From: Dendrobates tinctorius
Taxonomy: Eukaryota
DNA length: 64,000 nucleotides
Assembly: GCF_039654945.1 (NCBI RefSeq)
Contig: NW_027361819.1
Coordinates: forward strand, 6,448,001-6,512,000
Direction: 5' to 3'
Shown: one piece after another, positions 61,001 through 64,000 of the stretch
Layout: each line of letters opens with the position of its first letter
Numbering within the stretch: the first letter of the stretch is position 1
The notes under the pieces: generated by a model
Databases searched by the model: none
What the model saw: the letters and a program-made list of their open reading frames with translations, nothing else
Told to the model about the DNA's origin: nothing
Position numbers and translations under genes: made by a program

Positions 61001-64000
61001 CCGTGTGAGGAGAGCGGTGCGGCCCCCGTGTGAGGAGAGCGGTGCGGCCCCCGTATGAGGAGAGCAGTGCGGCCCCTGTGTGGGGAGAGCAGTGTGAGGA
61101 GAGCGGTGGGGCCCCCGTGTGGGGAGAGCAGTGTGAGGAGAGCAGTGCGGCCCCCGTGTGGGGAGAGCAGTGTGAGGAGAGCAGTGTGAGGATAGCGGTG
61201 GGGCCCCCGTGTGGGGAGAGCAGTGTGAGGAGAGCAGTGCGGCCCCTGTGTGGGGAGAGCCGTGTGAGAAGAGCGGTGTGGCCCCCGTGTGAGGAGAGCG
61301 GTGAGAGGAGAGCGGTGCGGCCCCCGTGTGAGGAGAGCAGTGCGGCCCCCGTGTGAGGAGAGCAGTGTGAGGAGAGCGGTGCGGCCCCCGTGTGACGAGA
61401 GCAGTGTGAGGAGAGCGGTGTGAGGAGAGCGGTGCGGCCCCGTGTGAGGAGAGCAGTGTGAGGAGAGCCGTGCGGCCCCTGTGTGAGGAGAGCAATGTGG
61501 CCCCCGTGTGAGGAGAGCAGTGGGAGGAGAGCGGTGCGGCCCCTGTGTGAGGAGAGCGGTGCGGCCCCTGTGTGAGGAGAGCGGTGCGGCCCCTGTGTGA
61601 GGAGAGCGGTGCGGCCCCTGTGTGAGGAGAGCAGTGTGGGGAGAGCTCTGTGAGGAGAGCGGTGCGGCCCCGTGTGAGGAGAGTAGTGCGGCCCCTGTGT
61701 GAGGAGAGCAGTGTGAGGAGAGCGGTGCGGCCCCCGTGTGAGGAGAGCAGTGTGAGGAGAGCGGTGCGGCCCCCGTGTGAGGAGAGCAGTGTGAGGAGAG
61801 CGGTGCGGCCCCCGTGTGAGGAGAGCAGTGTGAGGAGAGCAGTGCGGCCCCTGTGTGAGGTGAGCAGTGTGAGGAGAGCGGTGGGGCCCCCGTGTGGGGA
61901 GAGCAGTGTGGGGAGAGCGGTGCGGCCCCTGTGTGAGGAGAGCAGTGTGGGAAGAGCGGTGCGGCCCCTGTGTGAGGAGAGCAGTGTGAGGAGAGTACTG
62001 CGGCCCCCGTGTGAGGAGAGCAGTGTGAGGAGAGTACTGCGGCCCCCGTGTGAGGAGAGCAGTGTGAGGAGAGTACTGCGGCCCCAGTGTGAGGAGAGCA
62101 GTGTGAGGAGAGCGGTGCGGCCCCTGTGTGAGGAGAGTACTGCAGCCCCCGTGTGAGGAGAGCAGCGTGAGGAGAGTACTGCGGCCCCAGTGTGAGGAGA
62201 GCAGTGTGAGGAGAGCGGTGCGGCCCCCGTGTGAGGAGAGCAGTGTGAGGAGAGCGGTGTGAGGAGAGCGGTGCGGCCCCCGTGTGAGGAGAGCAGTGTG
62301 AGGAGAGCGGTGCGGCCCCCGTGTGGGGAGAGCAGTGTGAGGAGAGCGGTGCGGCCCCCGTGTGGGGAGAGCAGTGTGAGGAGAGCGGTGCGGCCCCCGT
62401 GTGGGGAGAGAAGTGTGAGGAGAGCGGTGCGGCCCCCGTGTGAGGAGAGCAGTGTGGGGAGAGCGGTGCGGCCCCCGTGTGAGGAGAGCAGTGTGGGGAG
62501 AGCAGTGTGGGGAGAGCGGTGCGGCCCCCGTGTGAGGAGAGCAGTGTGGGGAGAGCGGTGCGGCCCCCGTGTGAGGAGAGCAGTGTGGGGAGAGCGGTGC
62601 GGCCCCCGTGTGAGAAGAGCAGTGTGGGGAGAGCGGTGCGGCCCCCGTGTGAGGAGAGCAGTGTGGGGAGAGCGGTGCGGCCCCCGTGTGAGGAGAGCAG
62701 TGTGAGGAGAGCGGTGGGGCCCCCGTGTGGGGAGAGCAGTGTGAGGAGAGCGGTGGGGCCCCCGTGTGGGGAGAGCAGTGTGAGTAGAGCGGTGGGGCCC
62801 CCGTGTGGGGAGAGCAGTGTGAGGAGAGCGGTGCGGCCCCCGTGTGAGGAGAGCGGTGCGGCCCCCGTGTGAGGAGAGCAGTGTGAGGAGAGCTGTGCGG
62901 CCCCCGTGTGAGGAGAGCAGTGTGGGGAGAGCGGTGCGGCCCCCGTGTGAGGAGAGCAGTGTGGGGAGAGCGGTGCGGCCCCCGTGGGGGGAGAGCAGTG
63001 TGAGGAGAGCGGTGGGGCCCCCGTGTGGGGAGAGCAGTGTGAGGAGAGCGGTGGGGCCCCCGTGTGGGGAGAGCAGTGTGAGGAGAGCGGTGCGGCCCCT
63101 GTGTGGGGAGAGCAGTGTGATGAGAGAGGTGGGGCCCCCGTGTGGGGAGAGCAGTGTGAGGAGAGCGGTGCGGCCCCCGTGTGGGGAGAGCAGTGTGAGG
63201 AGAGCGGTGCGGCCCCCGTGTGAGGGCCCCCGTGTGAGGAGAGCAGTGTGAGGAGAGAGGTGGGGCCCCCGTGTGGGGAGAGCAGTGTGAGTAGAGCGGT
63301 GCGGCCCCCGTGTGGGTAGAGCAGTGTGAGGAGAGCGGTGCGGCCCCCGTGTGAGGGCCCCCGTGTGAGGAGAGCAGTGTGAGGAGAGCGGTGCGGCCCC
63401 CGTGTGAGGAGAGCAGTGTGAGGAGAGCGGTGCGGCCCCCGTGTGAGGAGAGCAGTGTGGGGAGAGCGGTGGGGCCCCCGTGTGAGGAGAGCAGTGTGAG
63501 GAGAGCGGTGCGGCCCCGTGTGAGGAGAGCAGTGTGAGGAGAGCGGTGGGGCCCCCGTGTGAGGAGAGCAGTGGGAGGAGAGCGGTGGGACCCCCGTATG
63601 AGGAGAGCAGTGTGGGGAGAGCGGTGCGGCCCCCGTGTGAGGAGAGCAGTGCGGCCCCTGTGTGGGGAGAGCGGTGGGGCCCCCGTGTGAGGAGAGCAGT
63701 GTGGGGAGAGCGGTGGGACCCCCGTATGAGGAGAGCAGTGTGGGGAGAGCGGTGCGGCCCCCGTGTGAGGAGAGCAGTGTGAGGAGAGAGGTGCAGCCCC
63801 CGTGTGACGAGAGCAGTGTGAGGAGAGCGGTGTGAGGAGAGCGGTGCGGCCCCGTGTGAGGAGAGCAGTGTGAGGAGAGCGGTGCGGCCCCTGTGTGAGG
63901 AGAGCAGTGTGAGGAGAGCGGTGCGGCCCCTGTGTGAGGAGAGCAGTGTGAGGAGAGCGGTGCGGCCCCTGTGTGAGGAGAGCAGTGTGAGGAGAGCGGT
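52084..64000. repeat. G-rich modular satellite built from 14-bp (GTGTGAGGAGAGCA) and 25-bp (GCGGTGCGGCCCCCGTGTGAGGAGA) modules, running off the window end
   Basis: It is directly visible. The commonest composite period is 39 bp, and there are internal kb-scale duplications. Confidence 0.95.

Noticed and set aside
52001-61495. 3164-aa, 2891-aa and 1509-aa minus-strand ORFs
   Set aside because: They are translations of a stop-free satellite that is open in all three frames, with no domain content.

Overview
This is repeat-dense vertebrate genomic DNA, most likely from a frog. That assignment is an inference from the CR1, L2 and Tc1 content and from the MITE and minisatellite styles. The only host genes I can support are two intact, tandem, minus-strand paralogues of the RNF112 (ZNF179/neurolastin) family. 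Each has a TRIM-type C3HC4 RING, a GBP/atlastin-type large GTPase domain and a Gly-rich hydrophobic C-terminus. Each was hand-assembled into 13 coding exons with GT-AG introns and identical intron phases: gene A 47696->41075 (~609 aa) and gene B 35091->26426 (~616 aa). Gene A has a perfect ISRE/IRF element plus GC, CCAAT and NF-kB-like boxes at its putative promoter. It also starts with a canonical N-myristoylation sequence (MGSSRSK) and keeps all GBP/atlastin catalytic motifs. Together these suggest an interferon-inducible, membrane-targeted RING-GTPase effector rather than the neuronal gene known from mammals. Gene B has a basic NLS-like N-terminus and a different C-tail. A ~47-copy 57-bp satellite carrying a CTCF-like motif in every unit separates the two genes. 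The rest of the window is a patchwork of more than 15 satellites. One 31-bp array hosts a near-intact CR1 LINE and a solo LTR with a 5-bp TSD, and abuts a Tc1 transposon. Almost all long ORFs in the supplied track are satellite artefacts.
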